From Mustelus asterias (Eukaryota): a DNA stretch of 64,000 bases. This document shows positions 27,345-39,580 of this stretch, piece by piece. A program made the translations under genes and the position numbers. A model generated the notes under the pieces. That model was not told the DNA's origin and made no database searches. It worked only from the letters and a program-made list of their open reading frames with translations. Each line of letters opens with the position of its first letter. The first letter of the stretch is position 1. The stretch lies in the NCBI RefSeq assembly GCF_964213995.1, contig NW_027590119.1, positions 2,232,001-2,296,000 on the forward strand, given 5' to 3'.

Positions 27345-27868
27345 AAACATTGCGGATTCTGGAAACTGAAACAAAAATAATAAATTCTGAAAATCTCAAC
27401 AGGTCTGACAGCATCTGTGGTGAGAGAATAGAGTCAAAGTTTCGAATCAGGATGACCCTTTTTTTATTTGGAGAAAATTGAAGAGGGCGATGGCATTGGG
27501 AACTGATGAGGGTGGAAAGGGATTAGGAAGTTTCTTTAGGATATAGTTCGTGATTGAGACGTTGATTAGGTCAGTTAGCATGGATAAGTTGATTATGATA
27601 TTTGGGATCGGTATGTAAGTTCATGCAGCTTGTGTGTGGCTCGAAATAGTGCATATAATTAAACAGTGCCTATTTGAACTATTCACATCTCACAAGAAAG
27701 TTATGCAGCTTGTCTGACACCTTGTTGGATACAATGATAATCTCTCCAACGCATTAGGAATACTCTGCTGAAGCGTCATCCAGACTCGAAACGTTGGGTC
27801 TATCCTGTCTCCACAGATGCTGTCAGATCTGCTGAGATTTTCCAGCATTTTCTGTTTGTTTTCAGTAT
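27345..27868. mobile_element. Penelope-like remnant with inverted terminal repeats (copy B-specific)
   Basis: ctgaaaatctcaacaggtctgacagcatctgtgg at the left end, ccacagatgctgtcagatctgctgagattttccagc at the right end. Degenerate hammerhead ctgctgaagcgtcatccagactcgaaacgtt. Confidence 0.65.
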
Positions 27869-30778
27869 TTCATTTTGTACAACTTTGCTTTGAATAATTT
27901 ATTGATATTAACATTTTTTGACACTGTATTGACCTTTTTGTCAACAAGGATAAAAATCTGTCCCAGAATGCAGTGGGAAATTGAACGAATTCAGACTGAG
28001 GATCAGGAGTCGCTACCCAACAGTCTCTGCGCTTTAAACTCCTGATACGTAACTGGTGTGATGATTTCCAAAGTAATGATATGAATTACACTACCTTGCA
28101 CCTAATATGATTTTACTGAATTTTTAAATCCCGATTCATTATTACATTGTTTTGGGAAATAATGTAACACTTGTAATTGTCCAGTGAGTTTCACAATATA
28201 TCTGTTGCCACATTATTTATTTACAGCTTGTTACCTTCACTAACTTGGGTGAGGGCATGTTGAGTGATTTGCTGCACATGTTTCAAATATTACAATCCTC
28301 CCTCCTCAGCCAAACCATGTTCCCTCTTTCGATCTTGGATATGAATATCCAGCATCAGCAGAGAAATGAACCATCCTGCCGCAGCAAAATCCTCTCTTCT
28401 TTTCGTGAGGATCAGCTTGCTAACTCCCTCGAAAATCGGGTTTGATATCACCCAGGCCCTCTGGAAGTATTGAAGTTATTAGACTGACAGAAATGGAATC
28501 AAGGAACTGTTTCAATTTATGAACCAGTCAAGTAAAAATATGGGAATGTGGAACAGCATCTTTCAGTACCATTTAACAATGCATCCATCAATCCGTTCAC
28601 TGATTCCTCAATCAAAATATTCAGGCATCCAACTGATATTCGTATCATTCATTCAACGGTCATTCATTCCTGCATCAACACAGTCATTCATTTATTGTTT
28701 GCGCAGATGGTGACGTAATATTAATTGAAGTGGCCCAGTGATCCAGAGGCCCAGGACAATGATGTGGGGACAGGGATTTAAATCGGAGCATTGCAGCTGG
28801 TGGAATTTGAATTCAATTAATACTATTGGCGACCATCGGACCCTCTCTGATTCCCCAATGAGTGAAATCTGCCATCGCTACCTGGTCCCACAAGGATGTG
28901 ACTCCAGATGGACAGCAAAATCGCTGACTCTTTAATATGTTCAGAAGTGGCCTAGAAAACCAGTCAGTTCAAGGGAAGTTGGGACAGACAAAAAGTGCCG
29001 GTCTTTGCAACCAAACATCCCATGGAAAGATAAAGGGAAAGAAAATACAAACATACATGTTCATGTGTCGTCTCTCTGAGACATTTCACAGTTTGCCTGT
29101 AATTCTTTCTATCCATCTATCACAATATCCTGATGTGTTGGAAAAATCCTCATTGTTGCTAACAGGGTGCCAGAGAAGCTGCATAACTTTCCTTTCATTA
29201 GAGATGGGAAAAATTCATCTAGATTTACAACTTTAAATAATTAAAGTGCCTCCAGTACTGTTACTGGGTAGATTTATTTATAAATAGGCCTCATTGACAA
29301 TGTGAAGGGTTTTAAGTTGGCTTGCAGCCAAGCGGTCAGTACTGAGGAAACAGATCTTTGTTCTGCTGCACAACACCCCCAGATGCTTCCTGTCAATCAC
29401 TTTGAGCATTTGGCAGAAGGCTGGATTGCTGCCAAATACTGTGTGGGACAGATTAGCGTGAACCAAAACGGACAAAATGGGATTCAGCCATTTAAACAAT
29501 AAATGTTTCATTCGCACAAGAAAGACACATTTTAAATCGTAATCATTCTAATCAAATATTTTCATTCAATGTCCTGTTCATTATGTGAGTAAATAGTATC
29601 GCAAAACAATAAAGTGACCAGATGCTTTTTCATTTGTATAACTTCCAAGTAAATGCCATTCCAATAATTAAAGTCAGTTTATTAACCACTTCATGAAATG
29701 CGAGAGAGAGATGTTGATGGTCCCAATTCCCCAGTCAATTGAAATCAGTGTAATGGCATAAAATGCATCGAAATAATATTAAGGGAACATCATAAAACTG
29801 ACATGAACAGCGGGAATTCCTGGAATATTCTGAACGTTCTGTATCGCATTTAAACAGCAGCGTCTCTTGTACCTGATTAACACCCTATTCTATTGTACAG
29901 TATAATCTGATTCCTGTTATTGAAGAGTTCCAATCATAGCTGCCAATAAGTGGAGAAATTATCAGTTCATAACCTGATTCAATGGAAGATAAAACATTTA
30001 TTCTTGTGATATTGTGCAATGTGCCGCAAAGCCCTGATATCTTGTGTTCGCAATACCAGCGAATGTTAGACAGCTGGTGGCCGATAGAGTGACCTGCAAT
30101 GATTTGGCTGCTGAAGGAGAACTTTAATGATCTTCGTGTCCATTCATTAACTTATCTGTCAAAAGTCGATGTTAATTTTATGTTTCTCTCTCAACTCACT
30201 ATTTAATTATCAGGAGGGCAGGATTCTTATTATTTTCAAAGGGCTGTCTTCGAGATTGGGGTAGTTTGACAAATATAAGGAGAAACATTGTATTGTGTGA
30301 GAGTTTCTTCTCATCTCCAAACCCAAATTGTACAGTGATAGCCATCCGCACTGTAAATGCAATCACTTTGTTCATACCCCCTCATTTAGTTACAGAAATC
30401 GGTAAAAATTATTCTGATAAATGATGCTTTATTATTGTAATGTGACAGAGACCCGGAATTGTTGACACCTAGACTGACGGTCTCTTTATTTTCCAAAAAT
30501 GTTATTTCATCATTTTTAGATTTGTGCTCTTCTTGGGTGCGTGGTAATAAAATCACCATATTTACAATGGAATTAGTTATTTTAAATAAAGAAATGATGA
30601 ACTGCAATATCAGCATCAGAAATAATGGAGACAATACAATGGACATATTCAGCCAAACAAATATCCCGACACAGATAAAATGTCCATTTTAATATTAACC
30701 TATTGTAAATCTGGAAGTCCATTCTGTTGGGGGTGTGGAAGGTGGGACCTGGATCCAGTTACCGCCTCCAGCAGGGAA

Positions 30779-30840
30779 TCAACAGGCGGCGCCTGGAAAG
30801 CCGCCCCCTTCTGCCGGGTATTTAAATGACGCTCACTGGG
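30779..30840 (+). promoter_or_regulatory. VH promoter: GC box, TATA-like element, CRE-like half site; no octamer
   Basis: ccgccccc 30801-30808, TATTTAAA 30819-30826, TGACG 30827-30831, ~90 bp 5' of the leader ATG. No ATGCAAAT/ATTTGCAT seen in the preceding ~300 bp. Confidence 0.6.
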
Positions 30841-30917
30841 ACCGGAATCCAACAGTCCGGGAGGTGGTTTGTTCATTGAGTTCCTGACACAACCATTTCC
30901 CCCAAATCACCAGAAGG

Positions 30918-30963
30918 ATGAGGTCGGCGATTTCTCTCAGTTTGTTGCTGACTTTCTTATCCG
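30918..30963 (+). CDS. IGHV: IgH leader exon (MRSAISLSLLLTFLS+G)
   Basis: ATG at 30918, hydrophobic signal peptide, phase-1 donor G|gtgagt at 30964. Confidence 0.95.
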
Positions 30964-31083
30964 GTGAGTAGTTTTTTTTTCATTGCCTAAGTCTCCCACA
31001 GTTACTGTCTCAGTTTTAGTCCATCTCTGTAATATTCCATTACACCAGGATTAATCCTCGGGTTTTTTGATCTATTTTTACAG

Positions 31084-31388
31084 GTGTCCAGTCGGAGGTT
31101 GTGTTGACTCAGCCAGAGGCAGAGACCGGGCGTCCCGGAGGCTCCCTGACACTGACCTGTAAAACCAGCGGCTTCGATCTTAGCAGCTATGGCATGTACT
31201 GGATCCGACAGGTTCCAGGACAGGGGTTGGAGTGGCTGGTTTACTACTATACTTCATCCAGCAACAGCTACGCCCCAGCAATTAAGGATCGATTTAGTGC
31301 GTCGAAAGACACTTCAACCAAAATCTTCTCTTTGGAGATGACGAGGCTGAAGACCGAAGACACCGCCATCTATTACTGTGCAAGAGAC
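31084..31388 (+). CDS. IGHV: IGHV exon, intact germline VH segment
   Basis: Acceptor ttttacag|. (G)[52 protein letters not shown]...[11 protein letters not shown]. Conserved Cys, Trp and YYC; no stops. Confidence 0.98.
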
Positions 31389-31427
31389 CACAGCGAGAGG
31401 AACCAGGGATGGACCCGAACAAGAACA
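31389..31427 (+). other. V 3' recombination signal sequence, 23-bp spacer
   Basis: CACAGCG 31389-31395, 23 nt, ACAAGAACA 31419-31427. Confidence 0.95.
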
Positions 31428-31796
31428 GCTCGAGAGGGAATTCAGCAACTTTCATCATAACCTAAAGGTCAGTATCTGATTTAAATATAATACTAACAGT
31501 GATCAGAAGCAAAACACAAACTGCTTCTGACAAACCCAACTTCGTGAAAATTAAACATTAAACCAAGAAAACACACAGACATAGTGGGCTGAGCTTTTCA
31601 CTCTGTTTATATTTACTGTTAACAGTTTCAGCAATTACACACCTGGATATAATGCTCGTTTTAATATTTCTGATACTTGGAGGAGATGTTTCTAGATTGT
31701 GTTTTGTAAACTGTTGCATGAAGTGTAATTTACATCACAAATAATGGTCTATTTGAAGTGAATATTGAGCGGCAGTACTGAACAGAAAGTAAGTGC

Positions 31797-31876
31797 AGTT
31801 TTTGTGCGAGTGTCTGTCACTGTGATACAGCAGTGGGTCACAGTGCTGAGCACAGCGACATCCTCATGCAAAAACC
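31797..31876 (+). other. IGHD: D1 segment (ATACAGCAGTGGGT, 31825-31838) with 12-bp 5' RSS and 22-bp 3' RSS
   Basis: AGTTTTTGT-12-CACTGTG [D] CACAGTG-22-GCAAAAACC. Confidence 0.95.
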
Positions 31877-32176
31877 TCATGGAAAGAGATTGCTCAAATT
31901 GGTGATCAGCACCACAGCAGGATTTTCAAAGTAAACGAGGCTTCAGTGAAATAATGTGTGGAAGTAATATTAGTTTGTGAAAAGGTATAAAAATCTTCCC
32001 GTAAAATCTATATTTACCGATCTGCTAAATCTACACAGAGAGTTTAAAAGCATTCCGATCCCCTTTATAAATACAATGACCAGGACAAGCTGAAATATCT
32101 CAGTCACTCGCTCGTGGATGAGGCAGAATCAGATTTTTGAGACAGCAGTGAAATTAAACAGTTAGCAGTCGGGCAC

Positions 32177-32245
32177 AGTATTTGTCATGCTGTGTCTCAC
32201 TGTGATAACTGGGGTGGCACAGCAGTTACTGTCAATACAAAAACC
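32177..32245 (+). other. IGHD: D2 segment (ATAACTGGGGTGG, 32205-32217) with 12/12 RSS
   Basis: AGTATTTGT-12-CACTGTG [D] CACAGCA-12-ACAAAAACC. Confidence 0.95.
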
Positions 32246-32572
32246 CCTCAGCATTAATTGACCGAGACTGGGGCAGTGCTCTGTTTTCCAATCCAGCATT
32301 ATTTACAGTGCTGTATTATTTATGTCCCAGCACTACACAAATAGCGAGAATTAATATGGGAAATTTATGATAACTATTTGATTATCAGTTGGTGTTTTCA
32401 ATAACTTGATCATGTGATCCTCTATGAAATATAAAACATTAAGGCTATTTATGTAGAGCGAACGGTATCCACCAGTACAATAATAATTTCATGAACATGC
32501 AGTGATTTGCTTTCCCTCTGGCTTGTGAATTTTTAAAATACTGATGGATTTCTGTCTATTTTGTGCAGAGAT

Positions 32573-32611
32573 GGTTATTGTATGACCCAGCCGAGAGAAC
32601 GTGACACTGTG
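32573..32611 (+). other. J 5' recombination signal sequence, 23-bp spacer
   Basis: GGTTATTGT 32573-32581, 23 nt, CACTGTG 32605-32611. Confidence 0.95.
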
Positions 32612-32659
32612 ACGCCATGGACTACTGGGGACAAGGGACCATGGTGACGGTGACTGCAG
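32612..32659 (+). CDS. IGHJ: IGHJ segment (AMDYWGQGTMVTVTA)
   Basis: WGQG motif; phase-1 donor G|gtaaga at 32660. Confidence 0.98.
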
Positions 32660-32959
32660 GTAAGAACCATGCATTTATTTAGTCAGTGTTTTATTTGAGT
32701 TTTTGTTTTATACTTTTTCTCGATTTTATTAATTCATTCGTTCAATGTAATGTGGTTTGGTGGATTCTGTGCTGAAAATCTTTACAATGTTTCATGTGAT
32801 CCTGCTTAAAATGGGGGTTATAGAATTCTACTGTTAATTGACAAAAGGTGATACTGAGTGATTCAGTCTCTTGTTGTGATTTGGTGTGTATCTGCTGAGG
32901 ACATTGTGTGGCTGGGTTACTTTAAATGCCTTCCTTTTGTTAAGCAGTTCGGCGTTTCT

Positions 32960-34885
32960 TCAATGTTTAATCTCGGTGACATCTAGTGGCTGCGAGTTGC
33001 ACCATCCACTGCACAAGTGTTTGAAATCTAACCCAATATTAACAAAATGTGTTAAAGTTTCTACTTTAATGTTGCGAACATGTTCCGCTTAATCACAATC
33101 TGGTTTTGTTATCTCATTGTTGTGCTTATTTTAATTATTAGTTGCTTTGGTGATGGTCAGATTGGCTGGATTTTAAATTGAGATTTTCTGCCAATGTGAA
33201 ATTTGTTTCTGTTGCAACTGTTTGTAGAATTGAGCTGCTTCTGCATGAGCCGGGGTTCAGTCCCTCAGTGCTGCGTGTTTCTGGTGAGGAGGTTGTCTGT
33301 CTGGGTGACTTTGAATCAGTAAAATTTGTGAAATGGTTCGGAGATTCTGCATTGTTTACACCCCGTGACACTGAGCTGTTGCACACTTTGTGATTGAATA
33401 CAAACAGTCTGCGGGTTTTAAACTACTTGACGCGTGCCTGCAGACAGAAATCAGGCAGGCTTTATTGTATTTGTATTTTTTTAAATCGTAGCTGATAATT
33501 GCAGGTTAAACCAAACCACGGTTTATGCCACTCGTCCAAAACATAGTTTGCCACTGCATTCATAATTTGGGATACATGCCATGTTTAACCTCGGTGGCAT
33601 CTGACGGCTGCAGCTTTTACCCACCTAATATTTTAATATGTTTGAAATCTGTTTGAAATATGACCCAATATGAATAGAATGTGGTAAAATTTCAATATTA
33701 ATTTGTTGGACATATTCCACCTCCTCGCAATGCTATTGCTCTTATTCCAAATTTCTGTTTAGTTCAATCATTCATATACTTGGTGACGAGCTGGTTTGCC
33801 GGATTGAATATTGAGATTTCCTTGCAATCATATTTTTGATTTTGTTGAATGGATAATTGAGTTGCGTCCCCGTGAAACGGATTCATTCCCTCATTGATGT
33901 GTTTTGGTGTGTTTCTGTTGAGGAGGTTCTGTTGTTGGGTCACTAAGAATGTTTAAAATGTGTGAAATGTTTTGGTGTTTCTGCATTGTTTAAACTCGGT
34001 GGCACTGAGCGGTTACACGTTTTCTGGTTAAATGCAAATAATCTATGAGTTTGAAAATCCTTGTAGGGAGAAAATAAGCAGGTTGTGAAAGAAATAAAAT
34101 AAAGGTATTACAGCATTTTTATAAATTTTAACTAACTCTTAGAAATTAAAATAAATCATGTCTTACAACGCTCAATCGGACACTAAGTAGTTGCTGCAAA
34201 AACAAACTTCTCATTAACAAGTTTGATAGTAAAATTAATATAAATCAAACTGTTATTAATCGGTAACATAACTACATATTCACAAAAGATTATTTTCTAT
34301 TAATATCATTTCGCATTAATCGGCTTTAATAGTTCTGCTGTGCTTTGCATACAATTAACATGACCAAAAAGGTTTCTCGGCTGGAAATATTTTGTGATAA
34401 TTCCAGAAACAATTTCAATGATAACATGCTGTTTCCACAGCAGCGCTCAGTTCAACAAGATACTTTGCATTAATTGTTATATCCCCGATGAAGTTCGCAT
34501 TCACTTAAATATGAGTTTTGGAGAATAATTGGCAATAAAACGCTATTTGGAAATTTTTGTGCCCGATTATTACATTGTTTCTGTGCAGGCGCAGCATTCC
34601 TTCCAAGTAATTTGTAGTTGGATGCAGAGGTAATTAATCACTAATCTCATCTCAAAATTTGTGAAATGGTTTGGTGTTTCTCAATTGTTTCTGTATTGTT
34701 TCAACTCGGTGATCCTGAACGGTTGCACTTTTTCCAGCTAAATGAAAAAAACAAACTGCGTTTAAACATCCTTGTCAGGATAAAACAAACTGGTATCGGA
34801 AAAAATAAAACAAATATATATTTGAGCATTTTATTCATGTTAACTGATGCTTGCAGATTAAAGTAAATCATGAATTACAATTCTT
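32960..34885 (+). repeat. Diverged ~600-bp tandem repeat in the 5' J-C intron (two full units, one partial)
   Basis: Unit 1 ~32960-33540, unit 2 ~33580-34175, partial ~34655-34885. Shared landmarks atgtttaa(t/c)ctcggtg, tgtttgaaatct, ttgtgaaatg(g/t)tt, ctgcattgttt. Confidence 0.8.
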
Positions 34886-36450
34886 ACTGCGTCACTGTAT
34901 CTCTGTTAGGGACATTACACTACACTGGATCTGTTATATCTGATGTGTTCATTTTCAGAAAAAAAAATATTTTTTGCCTAGTTTTCGAGATTTGAGATAG
35001 ACAGGGAGAAATAGTTAAAAGTCGAAGGGAATTTTGAAATGAATATCAGTTTAATTTAAAAGAAGTTATTGATTTTTGTTGTTGTAGTTTGAAAATTGAT
35101 CAATTAGAATCCCACAGTTTGAATAAATGTGACAGAGTGAACACAGTTTTCTGACAGGTGGAATTCGCTAACACTAAACAATTGTTCATATAATGGTGTT
35201 TGAATTGTCGTAAGGTGTCAACAGAAACTGGCTAGAGATTTACAATTTAATACTTGAAATTCAAATAATTAATTTTTTGTAATATTATAATATTTTTATA
35301 TTAGTAATATTTGCTCTGCATTTAATAATAACATCCTGTCTCCCATTACTGCTGAACATAGAATAGAATTATTAGATGAATAAATGACAGAATAGAAGAA
35401 TTGATTCTATTTGAGCATTATGTTTAATTAGTATTAAATATTATACTGAAGAAAAAGTCTCGACTTATTTTGTGCATCATGTTTCAGTGTTGCAGAGGAT
35501 TTGAATCAATTGTCCTCATTGTGTTTTTCATTGTTTAATTCAGAACTTCTTAATTTAAACAATATGTTCAGTAATTAAATTATATGGATGGTCCAAATTA
35601 TTAAATCTAGGAAGCAGCTTCATTGACCTCAAACTGCCAGGCCGTTACAGTGTATACAAATTCAGAAACATGCATTCTTAACACGTTTGCAGGTTATAAT
35701 AAGGCATTTGGAGTAAAAGTGGAAATGAAAAAACATGACAATGTTATTCGATTGAAGCAAATGAATTACAGATGTCTGAATCTTTCCATTCAGTAATTTG
35801 AAGTTTATTGTTTAATATTTAATTGGAACCTAATTACTTCACAATGTTCGAGGCAGGGAAAGTTTTGAATGATTGAAAACTGATTTTATTAGGGAGTACA
35901 AATCAGCTAACAGGAAAAGTAACCGGCAATTAACAAAACAAAATATAATATTGGTGCTAATTAATTCAAAACAAAATACCTTGAATAATGCACGGGCGTG
36001 CAAAGTATCATCCGTTTCAGAGAATGTTTAATTGTATCGAAAATGAATTCAGAAACAAAACCTTTCTTTTATCAGCTCTGCTTAGCTCGATAAGGTGTTT
36101 TACCTCGAATATTTTGTTGATTACATTTAATTAAGAAATTAGATCGAATCAGGTAATAATTTTCAATGTAAATGTTTCTTGGTTTATTTAATCCTTACTG
36201 TGTCACTGTATCTCTGTCGGGGACATTGAACTGTCCTGAATCTGTTATTTTTGATTCCTAATTTTCAGCGAAATTACATTTTTACATAGTTTTCGAGAAG
36301 TGAGACAGGCAGAGAGACATAATTAAAAATCGACAGGAGTTTTGAAATGAATATCAGTTTTATTTAAAAGAGGTTATTGATTTTCTGTTGTAAATTGATC
36401 ATTGATCAATTAGAATCAAACAGTTTGAATTAAATTGACAGATTGATCAT
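34880..36450 (+). repeat. ~260-bp direct duplication (34880-35145 vs 36190-36450)
   Basis: Both copies have cttactg(c/t)gtcactgtatctctgt...tagttttcgaga...ttttgaaatgaatatcagttt...ttgatcaattagaatc...acagtttgaat. Confidence 0.85.
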
Positions 36451-37529
36451 ACCTACCTGCTGGGAAATCGATTGTTGCACCGTTTGTGTCTGTTCTGTTT
36501 CTGCGCGCGTGGTCACTGTGTTGGGACCAGGAATCTGCCTGACTGGTTGTAAAACTTCTGGTTCCTTCTGCTGTATTTCAGGGAGTGAAATTTGATTTAT
36601 TTCTTCAATAAACTTGTATCTGTGAGAAATGTGACAGTTTGACTTGATGTTTGTCTCGGCGTCTCAGAAATGAGATCCCTAAAGCATATTGTGACCATCA
36701 GAGAGAGCAGAAACGTCAGATTGTAGAGGGAGATTTGGATGATTTTTAACCAGTGATGTACCGGCCTTGGGAATGTTCGATGAGCAAATGCAAAGTGAGA
36801 TTTACTATATTATGCTCCGTAGTAAAGCAGTCCATGACCTGTTTGGTATGACAGTTGAAGGGTCAAATTCATTTGCATCTTATTTTTAATCTTCTAAACC
36901 CATTTTAGAGTCATTTGCTCGGCCAGAAGTTTTAATCATCAATAATTGTTCCTTGAGAAAGTGTTGATATGAAGCATCCTTGAATAACTGCAATCCATAT
37001 GCTGCAGGCATCCGCCGTGCTGTTAGGTGGAAGTTCCAGGATTTTGACCCAGAAGGAACTGAGGTATTGTTTCAAGTCAGGATGGTGTGTGTCTTGGAGG
37101 GGAGCTTGCAGGTGGTAGTCTTCATATGTGGCTGCTGCCCTTATCCTGTTAGGATATAAAGGCAACGGGTTTGGACAGTGTTTACTATGGAGCCTTGGTG
37201 AGTTGCTGCAGTGCATCTTGTATATAACACACACTGCTGTCACTGCTTGTTAGTGATGGAGAGAGAGAATAGGGTGAATGAGGGGGCGGATAATCTTGTG
37301 GGTGGCTTTGCCCTGGATTGTGTCAAATTTCTTGAGTTTTTACAGGTTTCCCTCATTGAGTAGGGTGAATTATTCAATTGCGACTGATTGCGAAAGATTT
37401 AAATGTTTTTCCAACCCTTGGCCCGCGCTCCGTATTGTGCTCACTTGTCACTCCCACTTACTGTGTGAATGGGTGAGTATGTGTGGAGTGAGTGTGTTTT
37501 CCAGACTGAATCAGCCAAATAGAGACTTA

Positions 37530-39077
37530 TACACATCACACACTCTCACACACATAAATACTCTCATATTCTCTCACACATGCACACACACAAACATACA
37601 TACTCACACTTACTTTCTCTCTCATACGGTCTCTCTTACACACCCATACACATTCTCTCTCTCACGTTACACATACACTCTCTCAATACAAATACATACA
37701 TCGTCTCGCTCTCTCCATCAATCTCTCACATCCCCATACACAAAAGCGCTCACATCCCCACACACCCACCCATTCTCTCTTACACACAGACACACACTCT
37801 CACATAAGCACAGTCTCATACTCTCGCGCACGCACTCTCACATGGACTCTCTCTCTTCCACTCTCTGTCACACACGCTCAAGCTGTCTCACATTTCTCCA
37901 CACGCTCTCTCACAATTCCTCTTGCACACGCATCTCTTCCTCTCTCACACACACACACACGCATATATTTCTATTTCTCTTGCGCACACTATCTCACACC
38001 TCTGCATTCTTGCTCTCACACACTGGCTCTCTCACAATCACTCTCTCACAAACATAGAACATGCACACACTCTAACACACACTCTTACACACAGACACAG
38101 TCTCTCCCATAAGCACAGTCTCGCGCACACATTCTCTCTCTCACACACACACATGCACTATCCCTCTCACATTCCCTCTTCCGTACACTCTCACTTCGTC
38201 TCACACACATTCCCATGCTCTCTCTCTCTCATACGGACACTTGCACATGTATACTCTCACACAGGCACATATTTCTCTCTCTTTCACACGCTCAGTCCCT
38301 TACACATTGTCTCACACACGCACAATCTTGCTCTCAAACACTGTCTCTCACAAACACCCTCTCTTTCACACGCACACAATCTCTCACACAGTCTCTACTT
38401 CTCTTACATACGAACACACATGTATGTACAATGTATCTCTCTTTAAACACTCCACCTATCACAGACACATGTTCTCTCAACAGTCAGTTCACTCACACAC
38501 ACTCACGCATCCATTCTGTCTAAGTTTCACACTTTTTCTCGCTCACACACACTCTCCCCGCCCCTCCACACACACACACACATACACTCAAACACCCCAC
38601 ATTGCTTCTATCTCCCACACACATTGTACACATCTTTCTCACTCACACGCCATCCCATGCACAGTTTCACACACTGATGAACATATTATTTTGCTTTCCA
38701 ATAGGCACTCCCTCTCACACACACTGTCTTTCACATGAACACAACACTCTCCCACACACACACCCTCCCTCAAGCACACACACTCTCTTTCACAGACATC
38801 GTGTATCTCAAATAGACACACTCCCTTTCACATCAACATACACACACTCACACACAGAAGTACTCTTTCACACAGACTCCCCACACACACTCTCCCCGCC
38901 CCTCCACACACATACATTTTCAAGAAGAGACACACTGTCACACACAAAGAATAACTCTTCAAACACACATTCTGTCTCACACACACACATTATCTCACAC
39001 ATCCTTTCTCTCACGCACACTCTCTCCTCTTGCACGCACAGCCCACTGTCTCACCCACGTGCAAATGCATTCTATCA
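37530..39077 (+). repeat. (CA)/(CT)-rich low-complexity tract
   Basis: Continuous degenerate cacacactctct sequence. Confidence 0.9.
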
Positions 39078-39242
39078 NNNNNNNNNNNNNNNNNNNNNNN
39101 NNNNNNNNNNNNNNNNNNNNNNNNNNNNNNNNNNNNNNNNNNNNNNNNNNNNNNNNNNNNNNNNNNNNNNNNNNNNNNNNNNNNNNNNNNNNNNNNNNNN
39201 NNNNNNNNNNNNNNNNNNNNNNNNNNNNNNNNNNNNNNNNNN
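39078..39242. other. Assembly gap (N run)
   Basis: 165 N bases. Confidence 1.
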
Positions 39243-39274
39243 GTCAGAGTGTCTGTCCTTGACACCATAGAGTA

Positions 39275-39580
39275 GAATCATAGGATGCTACAGTGCAGAA
39301 GGAGGCCATTCAGCCCATCGAGTCTGCACCAATAGCAATCCCACCAAAGCCCTATCCGCATAACCACATGTATCTACCCTAACTAGTCCCCCTGACACTA
39401 AGGGGCAATTTAGCACGGCCAATCCACCGAACCCACACATCTTTGGACTGTGGGAGGAAACAGGAGCACCCGAAGGAAACCCAAACAGACACGGGGGGAA
39501 CTTGCAAACTCCACACAGACAGTGACCCAAGTCGGGAATCCAACTCTGAGGCAGCAGCGCTAATCACTGTGTCACCGCCA
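39275..39580 (-). mobile_element. HE1/V-SINE-like SINE, followed by a poly-C tract (~39575-39645)
   Basis: ctttggactgtgggaggaaacaggagcacccg...gaggcagcagcgctaatcactgtg. Confidence 0.85.

Larger units (their letters stand above)
19955..31388 (+). repeat. Segmental duplication copy B (upstream block of the functional VH)
   Basis: Collinear with copy A, with different lineage-specific TE insertions. Confidence 0.88.

Noticed and set aside
27761-27800. Additional active hammerhead ribozymes (also ~2405, ~19775, 24319-24355, ~42750)
   Set aside because: Each has substitutions in the catalytic core (CUGANGA or GAAA).
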